Virus record (IMG/VR): IMGVR_UViG_3300033150_001005
Span: 1 to 57,402 of that record
Length of the DNA stretch: 57,402 bases
Source: a virus
Taxonomy: Duplodnaviria; Caudoviricetes
Strand: one strand, 5' to 3'
In this document: in pieces, positions 10,052 to 19,691 of the stretch
Layout of the letters: each line of letters starts with the position of its first letter
Position numbering within the stretch: the first letter of the stretch is position 1
Notes under the pieces: generated by a model
Databases searched by the model: none
The model's input: the letters and a program-made list of their open reading frames with translations, nothing else
What the model was told of the DNA's origin: nothing
Translations under genes and position numbers: made by a program

Positions 10052-10459
10052 TTACGAGGTGCTGCGGCTGAGATCACCAGCAGGCCCGAACTCAGCAGTG
10101 CAGGTCAGCTTGTCGCCAACGCTGCCTGAAATCGGGTTGTAGCTGGTGAGTAGGGCTGTGCCACCGAAGGATGGATTCGTCGCGCTGGTGGCGCTCGACG
10201 TGGGCTTAATAGCGACAGTCGTTGTTGAGCCCACGAGGCTGAATAGCGTTGCATCGACCTTGCCGGATGCGAAATCCTGCGAGAATTCGATGCTCAGGCT
10301 CCAATTCTTCAGCCCCCCGAGGTTGATATGGGTGCTGTCGCCCATATTAGTATCTTCAACCGCGTCGGCCTCATAGGTTAGGTCGACACTGATGACGTGA
10401 TCCGAAAGATCAACGGAATTGATTTCGACGGACGCATCCGTCAGAACGAAAGTGGCCAC
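10052..10459 (-). CDS. Major tail tube protein
   Basis: VDLSDHV, GGLKNWSLSIEFSQDF, NPSFGGT; synteny; GGAGG SD. Confidence 0.85.
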   Translation of the reverse strand: MATFVLTDASVEINSVDLSDHVISVDLTYEADAVEDTNMGDSTHINLGGLKNWSLSIEFSQDFASGKVDATLFSLVGSTTTVAIKPTSSATSATNPSFGGTALLTSYNPISGSVGDKLTCTAEFGPAGDLSRSTS

Positions 10460-10570
10460 TTTCTCACCTCCCCTGTCTCACGACAGTGCAGTTTTTAGTT
10501 GCCCTTCCGGGCCGGTGCGCCATTCCGGGCCGGCGCTGCCACACTTCACCAGCCGTCGCCGGTGAAACTC

Positions 10571-11296
10571 TTAACGAATCCCGAATACGACGACGAAAGT
10601 AAACGACGGACTGGAGCCGCCAATGGTGTAGCTCACCCGCCAATAGCTGTCGGAGATTGCGCCGGATGCGGACTTCCACTCGGCACCGACAGCCGATGCT
10701 TGCGAGAACGTGATGCGGTCTGTAGGAGAGCCGAACGAGGAATCCCCGTCGCTTTGAACAACAACATCAAGCGTGGGCGAGCCGCCGGAAGCCACGATCA
10801 CATGAAGTGCTGCATACGCCTTTTGGCTAGATGAGACATCACCCACATAGGTGATGGTCCCCGTCCCGCTGGTGGTTCGAGCCGTTGCGGGATGCAAAAC
10901 CACGCCGCGGACGATGCGCGCAGCGGCGGCACCACCAGACGCAGATAGCGCGAACATATCCCCGATGCTTGCCGCCGGCTCATAGTGCGCCATGAGGACC
11001 TGGCCGGTGTAAGCCACGTCGCCGTCACTGCCGTCCGTACATCCAATGCTGATGATTTTGGATGCTCCAACCCCGGAATATAGGACGTCGTCGATGTTGT
11101 CGTCGCCGCCCTCCCAGAGGCCATTCATGGAAGCCTCGAAAGCCTCCAGTCCCGGCGCCATCTTGTGCGTATCGCTGCCGAGCGTTGTTGCTTCGACAGC
11201 ATCAATGTTGATCCCGAGTGCAATCTCGGTAAGATTGGGACTCAGGTCGTAGCCGTCGTAATACATTTTTTGGTCTTTTACGATTAGCGTGCTCAT
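10571..11296 (-). CDS. Second tail tube-like protein with an extra C-terminal domain
   Basis: N-half resembles a tail tube (DGYDLS, EATTLG, PGL); synteny. Confidence 0.65.
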   Translation of the reverse strand: MSTLIVKDQKMYYDGYDLSPNLTEIALGINIDAVEATTLGSDTHKMAPGLEAFEASMNGLWEGGDDNIDDVLYSGVGASKIISIGCTDGSDGDVAYTGQVLMAHYEPAASIGDMFALSASGGAAAARIVRGVVLHPATARTTSGTGTITYVGDVSSSQKAYAALHVIVASGGSPTLDVVVQSDGDSSFGSPTDRITFSQASAVGAEWKSASGAISDSYWRVSYTIGGSSPSFTFVVVFGIR

Positions 11297-11517
11297 CCCT
11301 CAAACTCCTCTCCGCAGTCCTTGCAACGATAGCGGACATGCCCCATCGTCGAGCCGGGAACCGGCTCCCGGTTGGTGTGCGGGCAAGCGTTTAGCCGGAC
11401 GCCTCCGGCCTCCAGCATCGCCAGAATGGTGTCGCATTGACTGCGAATCCCCATCACAGCCAACACAATTGCTTCGGTGTTCACTCCTTGTGCCATATCC
11501 GGTATTGCTGCAACCAT
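11293..11517 (-). CDS. Small zinc-ribbon protein
   Basis: CPH...CKDC motif. Confidence 0.5.
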   Translation of the reverse strand: MVAAIPDMAQGVNTEAIVLAVMGIRSQCDTILAMLEAGGVRLNACPHTNREPVPGSTMGHVRYRCKDCGEEFEG

Positions 11518-11876
11518 CCGAAGGCCTCGCCGGTGGCGTCATAGCCTCTGGCGTATTCGTTCTCGATGAACGCTCGTTGGATGGTCACCCCTCCGCTTGT
11601 TCCTGAGTAGTCCTGTAGTGCCCCCCGGACCTGTTCAATTACGTCCCGGGCACCGCTATTCGTGTCGTCCCACGCTTGCACTTGAACGACAGATGCCACA
11701 TCCCCGGTATCGCTGCCCATCGCGTGCACCCGCACAGTGCTGATCACCTGAAATGTCACCAGCGGAAACGTTGGATTTTGCGGCGCTTGCAACGGATAAA
11801 TCCTGGTCGAGACGAGATCCGTCAGCCCGCTATATGCGGCAAGCCGGGCATACACAGCCTTCTCGATGTCAGCCAT
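11481..11876 (-). CDS. Tail terminator/completion protein (DUF3168-like)
   Basis: LVSTRIYPLQAPQ..FPLVTFQ motif; synteny. Confidence 0.85.
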   Translation of the reverse strand: MADIEKAVYARLAAYSGLTDLVSTRIYPLQAPQNPTFPLVTFQVISTVRVHAMGSDTGDVASVVQVQAWDDTNSGARDVIEQVRGALQDYSGTSGGVTIQRAFIENEYARGYDATGEAFGWLQQYRIWHKE

Positions 11877-12411
11877 TGATCTTCACCGGTGGCTTGGTCA
11901 GCGGGCGAACCCGCGAGCGGACCGCCTTTGCGATGGATGACTGAAGCGCATGGCGCACCGCAGATTGACCAGCGCCCGCCACCGATTCCACCGCCGGACG
12001 GAAAAACGGGCGCGCCGGCATATTTACGGTGCCGAATTCGATAAAGTGCCAGTGCGGCGCGATGTTCGGGTTGATGCCAGCGAGGGCCGAGGGTTGCCAC
12101 TTGTCGTGGAACGGATGCCGCGTATCGGCAAATGGCGAGCGCTCCAAGCTGCCCGTCTTCGGCTCCGTCACGCTGGCGATGTTGCGCTTGGTTTGGTCCC
12201 GTGCCATCACCGCCCAGCGATTGATGGCGTCCACAACGTCCTGAGAATATGGAACCCCGGTCAATGACCTCAGCTTCTCCGCCAGCTCTTTCTGTCCCTC
12301 AATACTGGTGGCCTTCCTGATGCCGCGTTTCCAGGCGCGATAATACTTCTGCTTCTCCGCACTGATTGCGGTTCCGCGCAAGCCACGTATTGTCCCTGTC
12401 CACGTCGGCAT
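11869..12411 (-). CDS. HK97 gp10-like neck protein
   Basis: HWHFIEFGTVNMPARPFFRPA motif. Confidence 0.9.
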   Translation of the reverse strand: MPTWTGTIRGLRGTAISAEKQKYYRAWKRGIRKATSIEGQKELAEKLRSLTGVPYSQDVVDAINRWAVMARDQTKRNIASVTEPKTGSLERSPFADTRHPFHDKWQPSALAGINPNIAPHWHFIEFGTVNMPARPFFRPAVESVAGAGQSAVRHALQSSIAKAVRSRVRPLTKPPVKING

Positions 12412-12737
12412 CAGGCTTGCCTCTCAACACAGTAGAGCCGCAGTTCACCTTCCCTTCGGCGAGAGTCGTCAACGGCCTCAATGTCGAACGTTTTGCTCTT
12501 CCATACCGCCCGCATCTTCGGCGTGACGCCGGAGCGGTAGCGCATCCGGATTCGCCAATTCAGCATTGAGTTGATGCTCGTGCGGTCTAATAGCTCGGTG
12601 CCCCGCAGGAATGTAACCTGAGCCGGAACCGACGAGTACAGCGTGCTCCAAGTGCTCGTGACCTCACCGGTAGCCCCCTGGCTTTCGGTCGGCTTCTCAA
12701 TGTCCACGTGCTCAGATAGGAATGCTGCGAGATTCAT
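12411..12737 (-). CDS. Head closure protein (SPP1 gp16-like)
   Basis: IRMRYRSGVTPKMR, FDIEAV motifs. Confidence 0.9.
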   Translation of the reverse strand: MNLAAFLSEHVDIEKPTESQGATGEVTSTWSTLYSSVPAQVTFLRGTELLDRTSINSMLNWRIRMRYRSGVTPKMRAVWKSKTFDIEAVDDSRRREGELRLYCVERQA

Positions 12738-13597
12738 GCCACTCCAAACAAATCAAGCCCGGCGAATTTGCTTCGCCCATGCTCCGCTACCAATCGGCGC
12801 ACCTCCGCTTCCTGCCAAGGCTCTCGGTCAACATGCAGATGGCGTAGCAGCTCGAGGTACGGCTGCCACCAGTCCAGCGGCACCGGCGCTGTCCGCAGTC
12901 CTGTTTCATCCGGCGCCATTGAGTACAGCCGATCAATCAGCCCCACATCGCGGTCTGGCCACCGAAGCCGCTCATTGACCTTGTAGAGCGCGTGCTTGGC
13001 GACCAGCCGCCGGCGGCTCACGAATTGCAAATGCATCAGCCCGCCATCACGCCCCCGAACCGGAATTGCCGCAATCCGCGAGCCGAACGGCGCACGGGCA
13101 TGATGATCATAGCCCTCATGGGTGCGCCAACAGACCTTCCCGTCATCCCGGAACGCAACGCAGCATCGCTGCTGAAACTGGATGCCGAACGCGCTGGGGT
13201 CTGACCGATACTGGTCAATACTGCCCCACAAGCACGGCAGGGGCGTCACCAGTACGCCGGCGGGCGTTAGCTCTTCGATCCAACGGCGTACCCGTGGTAA
13301 GAGGTTGCCCGTCAACACCTCATCGGCGTCGATGGTCGCAATGTGCGTAGCGCCCGCAGATCGGGCCGTCTCCAGAAGGCGCTGCCGATGGGCCATCTCG
13401 TGCCAAACAGGATCATTCTCCTCGATGATCTGAACTCGCCCTGTTTCCTTGGCAATCTCGGCGAGAATCGCTGCCGTCTTATCGGTCGAGCAATGGTTCA
13501 GCACCACCGCCGCGTCGCACCACATCAGTAGCGCCCGCAACGACAATCCCAGCACCCAGTCCTCGTTGCGGACCGGCATGACCGCTACCAGCTTCAT
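12734..13597 (-). CDS. Glycosyltransferase family 2-like
   Basis: MPVRNE, STDKT, IDADE (DxD). Confidence 0.85.
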   Translation of the reverse strand: MKLVAVMPVRNEDWVLGLSLRALLMWCDAAVVLNHCSTDKTAAILAEIAKETGRVQIIEENDPVWHEMAHRQRLLETARSAGATHIATIDADEVLTGNLLPRVRRWIEELTPAGVLVTPLPCLWGSIDQYRSDPSAFGIQFQQRCCVAFRDDGKVCWRTHEGYDHHARAPFGSRIAAIPVRGRDGGLMHLQFVSRRRLVAKHALYKVNERLRWPDRDVGLIDRLYSMAPDETGLRTAPVPLDWWQPYLELLRHLHVDREPWQEAEVRRLVAEHGRSKFAGLDLFGVA

Positions 13598-14106
13598 GCG
13601 AGATATTTACGGTTTCCATCCCTGGGTGCTAGCTTGCGCGCCCACCCCTGCCAGTCAAAACGTTGCGGGTCCAATCCCAAAAGTCGAATGATCCACGCTA
13701 GATATTCCGCCCCCTCTTCGGCCAGCCCTTCGTAACTGACGAATTGGACGGGCCCCCTCCAGGCCGCCAGATCCGCCCACATCTGCTCCGATGCTCGCCG
13801 GCGATCAGCGCGACTTGGATCAACGTCAAAGAATCCGCGCCGCACATTTGACCGCGTTGAACATGTCCGGTCCCGCATCGCCACGAGGACCGGCGCCGTC
13901 TTGTCGGTGATGCTTCGGCAGTCGCTGTATTCTCTGCCGGGCTCCCCGTATTCGATCAGCCGCAAGTAGGGCGACCCCCGCCAGTCAACCGGATAACTCT
14001 GATGCAAGACGCGCGAGATGTCCGGATGGTAGCCCAGGGTCCAAGTCAACCATTGGCTGCCGCTGCCCTCGTGTCCGAGTACGCAGACGACCTCAATACG
14101 CCCCAT
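13594..14106 (-). CDS. Sulfotransferase-like P-loop protein
   Basis: VLGHEGSGSQWL..LG.HP, RD...S, VSYE.L. Confidence 0.65.
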   Translation of the reverse strand: MGRIEVVCVLGHEGSGSQWLTWTLGYHPDISRVLHQSYPVDWRGSPYLRLIEYGEPGREYSDCRSITDKTAPVLVAMRDRTCSTRSNVRRGFFDVDPSRADRRRASEQMWADLAAWRGPVQFVSYEGLAEEGAEYLAWIIRLLGLDPQRFDWQGWARKLAPRDGNRKYLA

Positions 14107-14761
14107 CAACAATGAGCAATGTATCCGCCGTCTCACCGCCGCGATAGGCGATGATCTTTGGCGGGTCGGTCAGCTTCCACCCGTGCCGCCACACCAGCAC
14201 CCCGAGCGCCGTCTGATCATGCCGGTGCCCCCGGACCCGCGGATCATTACTTGCTTCCCCGTTGCGATTGGTCCATGGGCCGCGAAACGCCGTACCGTCC
14301 ATCGCAAGCTGGAACCACTCGCGGAATAGCCCCATAGCATCAGGATCAGCGAGGTTCAGCCCGAACGCAGTGGCAACCGGATGGGGAATCCCCCAGCTTT
14401 GCTCCCTTGTAATCCCTAGCGGCTTTAAGGCGCTGTCCGCGCACCATTCGCCGGTGGTGAAGCCGTTGTTCGAGACCCAGTAGCCATTGCGTTCAATGCA
14501 CTCAAATAGTGGATCGAGCGGCCTGGCTGGCAACACGGAAGCATCGGCCCATAGCACTACGCTCGCACCGCGCCTCCAGGCATCCGCGATAGCAAATGCC
14601 TTGAAAGCATAGGGTGTTTCCTGGTGCGATGGGCTGCCTGGCGGCCATTGGTCGCGGAAGAACGCCCGCATTCCGTCGAAACCTACAGCATCCAGCGCCC
14701 GGCGTAAGCGCTCCTGCCCGCGCACAAAACGCCCCGTCGCCACATTTACGACAGCTCTCAT
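14093..14761 (-). CDS. Putative glycosyltransferase (GT-A fold)
   Basis: YAFK, VLWADAS, HRHDQTAL motifs. Confidence 0.7.
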   Translation of the reverse strand: MRAVVNVATGRFVRGQERLRRALDAVGFDGMRAFFRDQWPPGSPSHQETPYAFKAFAIADAWRRGASVVLWADASVLPARPLDPLFECIERNGYWVSNNGFTTGEWCADSALKPLGITREQSWGIPHPVATAFGLNLADPDAMGLFREWFQLAMDGTAFRGPWTNRNGEASNDPRVRGHRHDQTALGVLVWRHGWKLTDPPKIIAYRGGETADTLLIVDGAY

Positions 14762-15339
14762 TGCCCCAGAATCAAATTTGTGCTATTGACGTCCAGCACG
14801 CGGTAGTCATACTTCCGCGCCCGCTCCGTGGCCTCGACAATGCGGTTATCATGCTCGACACAGATCAGCGACGGCTGCGCATGCGCCAGCAGGACAAACA
14901 ACAAGTCAACGGATGTGCCTTCCGTGTCGATATTGACAAAATCCGCGCCGCCGAATTGGTTCAGGATGTCGCCCCACGTTACCGTCGGACAATAGAACTG
15001 CCCCGTGTACTTCGTCGCCTTGCGCCAGGTCTCGTAATGATCCGGCTGCGACGTGCTAACGGCGTCGGGCGTGTTATAAAAGTAGATCAGTCCACGATCA
15101 ATCGCCAGCGCCGCATGGATCAACGTCATCTTCGGGTTGGCACCGTGGGTTTTCAGCAGCCCCAACATTCCCTCCAATGAGGGTTCCAGCAGCAGCCCCG
15201 ACCATCCGCGCTCCGCCAGCGCATACGTGTTCGAGAATGTCTTCCCGTCCCAAGCCCCCACGTCGATGAAGCGACCATCCGTCTTATCCCCGAAATACTG
15301 GAGAATCACTGCCTCCTCGCCAAACTGCGAGTACATCAA
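14758..15339 (-). CDS. FkbM-family SAM methyltransferase
   Basis: YSQFGEE, FIDVGAWDG..SNT, IDTEG. Confidence 0.9.
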   Translation of the reverse strand: MMYSQFGEEAVILQYFGDKTDGRFIDVGAWDGKTFSNTYALAERGWSGLLLEPSLEGMLGLLKTHGANPKMTLIHAALAIDRGLIYFYNTPDAVSTSQPDHYETWRKATKYTGQFYCPTVTWGDILNQFGGADFVNIDTEGTSVDLLFVLLAHAQPSLICVEHDNRIVEATERARKYDYRVLDVNSTNLILGQ

Positions 15340-16043
15340 GCCTCCTTCTCTAACGGGAGCATCTGCGCCATTTGCCGCCGGGCATTCACAAAGTCCAGCC
15401 GTGGATCGGGCTGATGGTTCGGCGGCTCAAACGCTCCGCGCCAGCACACACACAGCATGTGCGGCGTGTTGTAGACGCGGAACCGGAAGCCGCAGTCAAT
15501 CAGGTACTTAGCGGCCTTCCATGTCGGGCTTGCACTGAAATCGTGAATCACCACGGCTCCCGGCGTCAGCAACAGCCGCTCGGCCCCGATCGCGTCATTC
15601 AGCGGTGCCGGCGGCTCATGATCGCCGTCAATCACCACGCCGCAGAATTGTTTCCGCTCAACCGTGTCGAAGAATTCCTCGGACGTCCCCGCGAAGAGCG
15701 AAACATCCTCCAGCACGTTCACGTTAGCCAGATTCTCCTCGGTGCGCGCCCGGAACTTATGGTCCGCGTACATCGGATCTACCGCTACAACCGCGTCGCT
15801 CGCCGCTGCGAGATGAGCCGCCGTCCAGCCTGTATGACCGCCAATGTCCAGCCAAGTCCCCCAGAGCTGCGAGGCAATGTGATACAGGATCGCCGCTTCA
15901 TCATGCGTGAAAAAGCCGCAATCGGGAAAATGTTCCCGGTCGCTGATCACGTCATGCCCGCGCGAATGGGGCATTGGGCGCGAGATCGTATGCCTGAAGA
16001 ACGGTTGGAGATCCGGCGCATTCAGGTTCGAGCGATAGATCAT
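15336..16043 (-). CDS. Class I SAM methyltransferase (Methyltransf_24-like)
   Basis: LDIGGHTGWT, IDGDH, VIHD. Confidence 0.85.
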   Translation of the reverse strand: MIYRSNLNAPDLQPFFRHTISRPMPHSRGHDVISDREHFPDCGFFTHDEAAILYHIASQLWGTWLDIGGHTGWTAAHLAAASDAVVAVDPMYADHKFRARTEENLANVNVLEDVSLFAGTSEEFFDTVERKQFCGVVIDGDHEPPAPLNDAIGAERLLLTPGAVVIHDFSASPTWKAAKYLIDCGFRFRVYNTPHMLCVCWRGAFEPPNHQPDPRLDFVNARRQMAQMLPLEKEA

Positions 16044-16621
16044 GCGTTGTATCCCAGCAGCCCGAAGTCCTGCCAAGAGTGCCGGCGCACCGCTGTCCGG
16101 AACTCCGCGCCAAAATCGTAGTCTGTCCGGTGAATCGTCGCGCCAACAATTGGCAACGGGTGCCACTTGCAAACGAAAGGCAATGCCTGAAGATCCGCCT
16201 TAAGCCGTTCGTATCCAATGAGTTGTATCTGCTCATAGGGCACCGTCGCCCGCTGAAGCGTCGTAGTCAGCGGCGCCCAATTGGCCCTGTCGCTGTGCTC
16301 CGCGCACCAGTCCACGAATTCCGCCGGCGTCATATCCGCCCTCATGCCCTGCTGCGCCCACCCCCGCCCCTCATCCGTGTTGGCAAGGTAACCGGTGCTC
16401 CAAAATTCCTGTTTCATCAACCGGTAAAGGCTCGCTAGCCGAGAGTAGGGGTTCCGGACAACGGCAAATACCAACTTCTTGCGATACCCTGGCGGAATCT
16501 CAACGGAGTGATGATCACCGCCCGGATTGACCCCGGAGTAATAGTCCCGCAACCAGTGATCAATCGCCCGGCTCGCTGTCCGCGGCATCGCCAGGAACAC
16601 ATACTCCGGCCCGATCACCAT
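16040..16621 (-). CDS. Sulfotransferase family 2-like protein
   Basis: FLAMPRTAS (5'PSB-like), FAVVRNPYSRLASLY (3'PB-like), YE.L..D. Confidence 0.8.
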   Translation of the reverse strand: MVIGPEYVFLAMPRTASRAIDHWLRDYYSGVNPGGDHHSVEIPPGYRKKLVFAVVRNPYSRLASLYRLMKQEFWSTGYLANTDEGRGWAQQGMRADMTPAEFVDWCAEHSDRANWAPLTTTLQRATVPYEQIQLIGYERLKADLQALPFVCKWHPLPIVGATIHRTDYDFGAEFRTAVRRHSWQDFGLLGYNA

Positions 16622-16626
16622 GTGCG

Positions 16627-16902
16627 TCAGAGCAGATATGCCGCCAACCCGCCGCGCCCACTAAGCGTATCCGGCGCCTTTGCTGGTCCCCACCCGAGCT
16701 GACGGCGGTTCCAGGGAAAGTCTTCAGTCTTCCCGCACACCCGGCAGGTCCGCGCTAGATACTTTGGAACCAACCCACCATCCGGAGTGTAAACTCTGTG
16801 CCACACCCACATGTGGTCATCGTGCATCCGCCAGTCTGCACAATGGCCACGGTGACAAGCTTGCGCCATCCAGAAAAAGAACAGAGTCAGCGCCTTTCTC
16901 AT
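16627..16902 (-). CDS. Small Cys/His-rich hypothetical protein
   Basis: C..GH and CRVCG motifs. Confidence 0.5.
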   Translation of the reverse strand: MRKALTLFFFWMAQACHRGHCADWRMHDDHMWVWHRVYTPDGGLVPKYLARTCRVCGKTEDFPWNRRQLGWGPAKAPDTLSGRGGLAAYLL

Positions 16903-16910
16903 TGATTTCC

Positions 16911-17567
16911 TTATACCCCAATCGGCTCATGCCCGGGAAACCCGGCTTGCTTGCGGTCCATGAATAGATTGCGGTGCGCTCGAAGCGTCCAGTTCTTGTC
17001 TTTCAGGTGCTCCGGCTCCGGCTCATGCTCTCGCACCCAGTGCCGGTGATAATGGGTCAGATCCGGGCGTTGCCACAGTACACCGAGCGCCTTGGCGACC
17101 TCGTATAGCTCCTCATCCACATACATGTGCCACCAGCCAGGCCAGAACGGTCCTTCGCCGCCATACATCCGCTGGCAGAATTCCAGTCCAAGCCACGGGG
17201 AGCCGCAGACGTGCTCCGAGTAGACGTGCTGCCCGCTGCCCCATCGGTCCCCCGTGGGCTGCATCACGCCAAACGTTCCGCTGAAATGCTTGGTACACTC
17301 CTCGGCAATCTCCAGCGGTGCCCTCTGGTCCGGTTCGATATCATCGCCACCCGTGACAATCCACGTCACATCGGCATCTGCGTAGCGGACCTCCCGGCAT
17401 AGTGCGTTAACAGCCTTCGCATAGCCCGGATATTCGCCCACGAGAACCAGCTCCGCCGGGATTTCGTCTGTATCCCGCCAGACGGCGATCCGATAGCCTT
17501 TCTCCCTCCATAGTGGGATTGTGCCGCCATTAGGCCGGGCGGATGGGACAGCAAGCCAGACGCTCAT
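16911..17567 (-). CDS. Putative glycosyltransferase (GT-A fold)
   Basis: GYAKAVN, GGDD, MYVDEEL, HRHW. Confidence 0.65.
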   Translation of the reverse strand: MSVWLAVPSARPNGGTIPLWREKGYRIAVWRDTDEIPAELVLVGEYPGYAKAVNALCREVRYADADVTWIVTGGDDIEPDQRAPLEIAEECTKHFSGTFGVMQPTGDRWGSGQHVYSEHVCGSPWLGLEFCQRMYGGEGPFWPGWWHMYVDEELYEVAKALGVLWQRPDLTHYHRHWVREHEPEPEHLKDKNWTLRAHRNLFMDRKQAGFPGHEPIGV

Positions 17568-18175
17568 ACTATACGACGCCAACACGGCGCAGTCACGCGC
17601 TTGCTGCTCGTGTTTCCGGCGTGAATTCTCGCCACAATGTGATTGCCGCCGGGCACCACAATAGCCTTCGCTCCACGCTGGAATTCGCCGTCCTCGCTCT
17701 CGTTTAAGTCCGGGAATGGGCGGCGGCGCCAATAGTCACGCCAATACATCAGCGTCACGCCAGGCGCATAGTGTGGATCATTGCTGATGTACAACCAGCG
17801 CTGTCCGCGCTCATCCTCGAAGACCAGCGGGCAGTAACCAGTCATCTGCGTATCAGTCCTGGCCAACCGCGCCACCTGATCCGCAATCCGGTCTGGCGCG
17901 TACATATCGTCGGAGTCCCAATGGCAGATGATGTCGCCGTGAGCGATGGAGCACGCCAGATTCCGCTTCGCGCCAATGCTCATTCGCGGCGCCCGCTCGT
18001 AGATGATGCCTGCCCCCCGCGGCGGCGTGATGAATGACGGCTCCAGCCGGTCATCTACAATCACGATCTCCCGCACTGGGTAGGACTGTCGCCGCCACAT
18101 CTCGACCGCTTCGGCGGCCATGCGGCAGCGTCCCCTTGTCGGCATGATCGCCGAAACGAGCAATTCAGAACGCAT
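17564..18175 (-). CDS. Glycosyltransferase family 2
   Basis: VSAIMPTRGR, Q.YP..EIVIVDD, IGAKRN, HWDSDD, ED. Confidence 0.92.
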   Translation of the reverse strand: MRSELLVSAIMPTRGRCRMAAEAVEMWRRQSYPVREIVIVDDRLEPSFITPPRGAGIIYERAPRMSIGAKRNLACSIAHGDIICHWDSDDMYAPDRIADQVARLARTDTQMTGYCPLVFEDERGQRWLYISNDPHYAPGVTLMYWRDYWRRRPFPDLNESEDGEFQRGAKAIVVPGGNHIVARIHAGNTSSKRVTAPCWRRIV

Positions 18176-18776
18176 AACTGACGGTTCGGGCCTCCAGCAG
18201 CATCTGTAGCCCGAAATCTAACGTCGGCGAGATTTTACCGTCTTGCAACCAACCCGCGCGATTCTCGAATAGGGCCGCCGCAATCAACAGAATCGGTGCC
18301 TTGTCGTCATCGCGGGCTTCCGTTATCGGACTCGTTGTCTCGATCCCCGCCTTGTAGCGGATCTTGATCGGTGATGCCGGATAAAGCGTCGCGCTCGGCC
18401 ACGATTTGCTGTACCCCAGCACGAGCTTGCCCGGCAATGAGTCCGTGTCGGCGATGTAATTACTTGAGTCCCAGGTGGTTGTGTCCCCGTCGCTGTCGGT
18501 ATATTTCAGGCTCACGATTGAAATGAGCGGCGTTGCTCGCGGCAATTCCACCTCATCCTCGCCCGGGAACTCATCGAGCACGATCTCCCACTCGGTCTCA
18601 TGTACGGTGCGCCCGGTCCGACGCTCGTAATACTGTCGAGCGGCCACCCGGCAGATTTCGAGCTGGTTATCCCATGAGGAATCATCACCCGCAATCCCAA
18701 GTTGCCGCTTGAGTTCAGCGATAGATATAGCTTCCGTGGTCGGTGCCGTAATGAGATTCGGCGTAATCGTCGCCAT
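18165..18776 (-). CDS. Head-tail connector (HK97 gp6-like)
   Basis: P..EAISIAELKRQL, IRYKAG, ILLIAAALFENR. Confidence 0.9.
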   Translation of the reverse strand: MATITPNLITAPTTEAISIAELKRQLGIAGDDSSWDNQLEICRVAARQYYERRTGRTVHETEWEIVLDEFPGEDEVELPRATPLISIVSLKYTDSDGDTTTWDSSNYIADTDSLPGKLVLGYSKSWPSATLYPASPIKIRYKAGIETTSPITEARDDDKAPILLIAAALFENRAGWLQDGKISPTLDFGLQMLLEARTVSYAF

Positions 18777-19246
18777 CAGTACTCGCGCCAGCGGACGTTG
18801 ACCAGCAGCTTTGAAACGGTCGCCGATTCGGTCCTGATCGTCAGAGCTTCGCCAGCGGCCAGTGACACATCCTCAAGGGAAACACTCAGCGTGGTATAAC
18901 CAACCACTTCGTACTTGTGCAAGACGGTCGTCCCGGAAATCGAGGTGCCGTATGTCGCAAGTGCCGTGTTCGCCGCATCTCCAGTGTGGGTCTTGTTGAC
19001 CGTGAGCGATGTGCCGGAACTGTAGGTCCCGTCACGCTCCACGGTGATCTCGACGTCATCAGACGAATAGACCGAAACACGGAAGCCCCCGGCCGTCACC
19101 GCAGTGCCGGAAGGAAGGCGTACCGTGACAACTTCAGCGGACGAGCTGAGTGATGCCTCCCGCTGTACAACGTAGGTCCCGCGTTGCGCCCACGCCGCCG
19201 GTGCAGCGAGCGCGACAGCAAGCAGTGCGATAAGGAATCTTTTCAT
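18776..19246 (-). CDS. Beta-rich protein with a signal peptide, inside the head operon
   Basis: MKRFLIALLAVALAAPAAWAQ. Confidence 0.7.
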   Translation of the reverse strand: MKRFLIALLAVALAAPAAWAQRGTYVVQREASLSSSAEVVTVRLPSGTAVTAGGFRVSVYSSDDVEITVERDGTYSSGTSLTVNKTHTGDAANTALATYGTSISGTTVLHKYEVVGYTTLSVSLEDVSLAAGEALTIRTESATVSKLLVNVRWREY

Positions 19247-19548
19247 TCGCTTTTCCCCCGGCAATGCAATCGTGCCTCGCGTGCGCTGGGACACATCACC
19301 CCGCAAACACGGCAAGGTGTCGGTTTCGGCGGACGGCCTCGCTTGTGCTCCTGCGGCAGAAAGGCTTTCACTGAATATTGAGTGATCGCCTTCGGCTCCA
19401 CGACGGGCGGGTAATACTTCTCCGCCAGCCCGCGGCGCATCAGGCTCTCCGCAACGTGAGGCGGTGCCTCGAAGATCTGCCCCGGTGCAACGTGGCCATA
19501 GAAATCCGCATTGGTAAGCGGGCGATTAGCCCGTAGTTGGATCGGCAT
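19243..19548 (-). CDS. Small post-capsid protein with a C-terminal zinc finger
   Basis: G..FE...AESL..RGLAE; KRGRP; C..C...HC. Confidence 0.65.
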   Translation of the reverse strand: MPIQLRANRPLTNADFYGHVAPGQIFEAPPHVAESLMRRGLAEKYYPPVVEPKAITQYSVKAFLPQEHKRGRPPKPTPCRVCGVMCPSAREARLHCRGKSE

Positions 19549-19573
19549 GGTTGATTCTCCGAAAGAAGGGGAA

Positions 19574-19677
19574 GGAGAGGCGCTCGCTGTGCTTGGTGCT
19601 CTCGACTACTTTGGCTCGCTCCAGCGGTTTGGTGCTCTCTTGATGTATGGCTCGCCTTACGGTTTGAGCGCCTCTCC
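19574..19677 (-). ncRNA. TIGR-like mini-array (2 x 36-nt units) inside a 12-bp inverted repeat
   Basis: + strand repeats at 19594, 19612, 19630 and 19648 (tggtgctctc/tggctcgctc), 18-nt period; flanks ggagaggcgctc 19574-19585 and gagcgcctctcc 19666-19677. Confidence 0.8.
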
Positions 19678-19691
19678 CTTTATTTTAGCGC

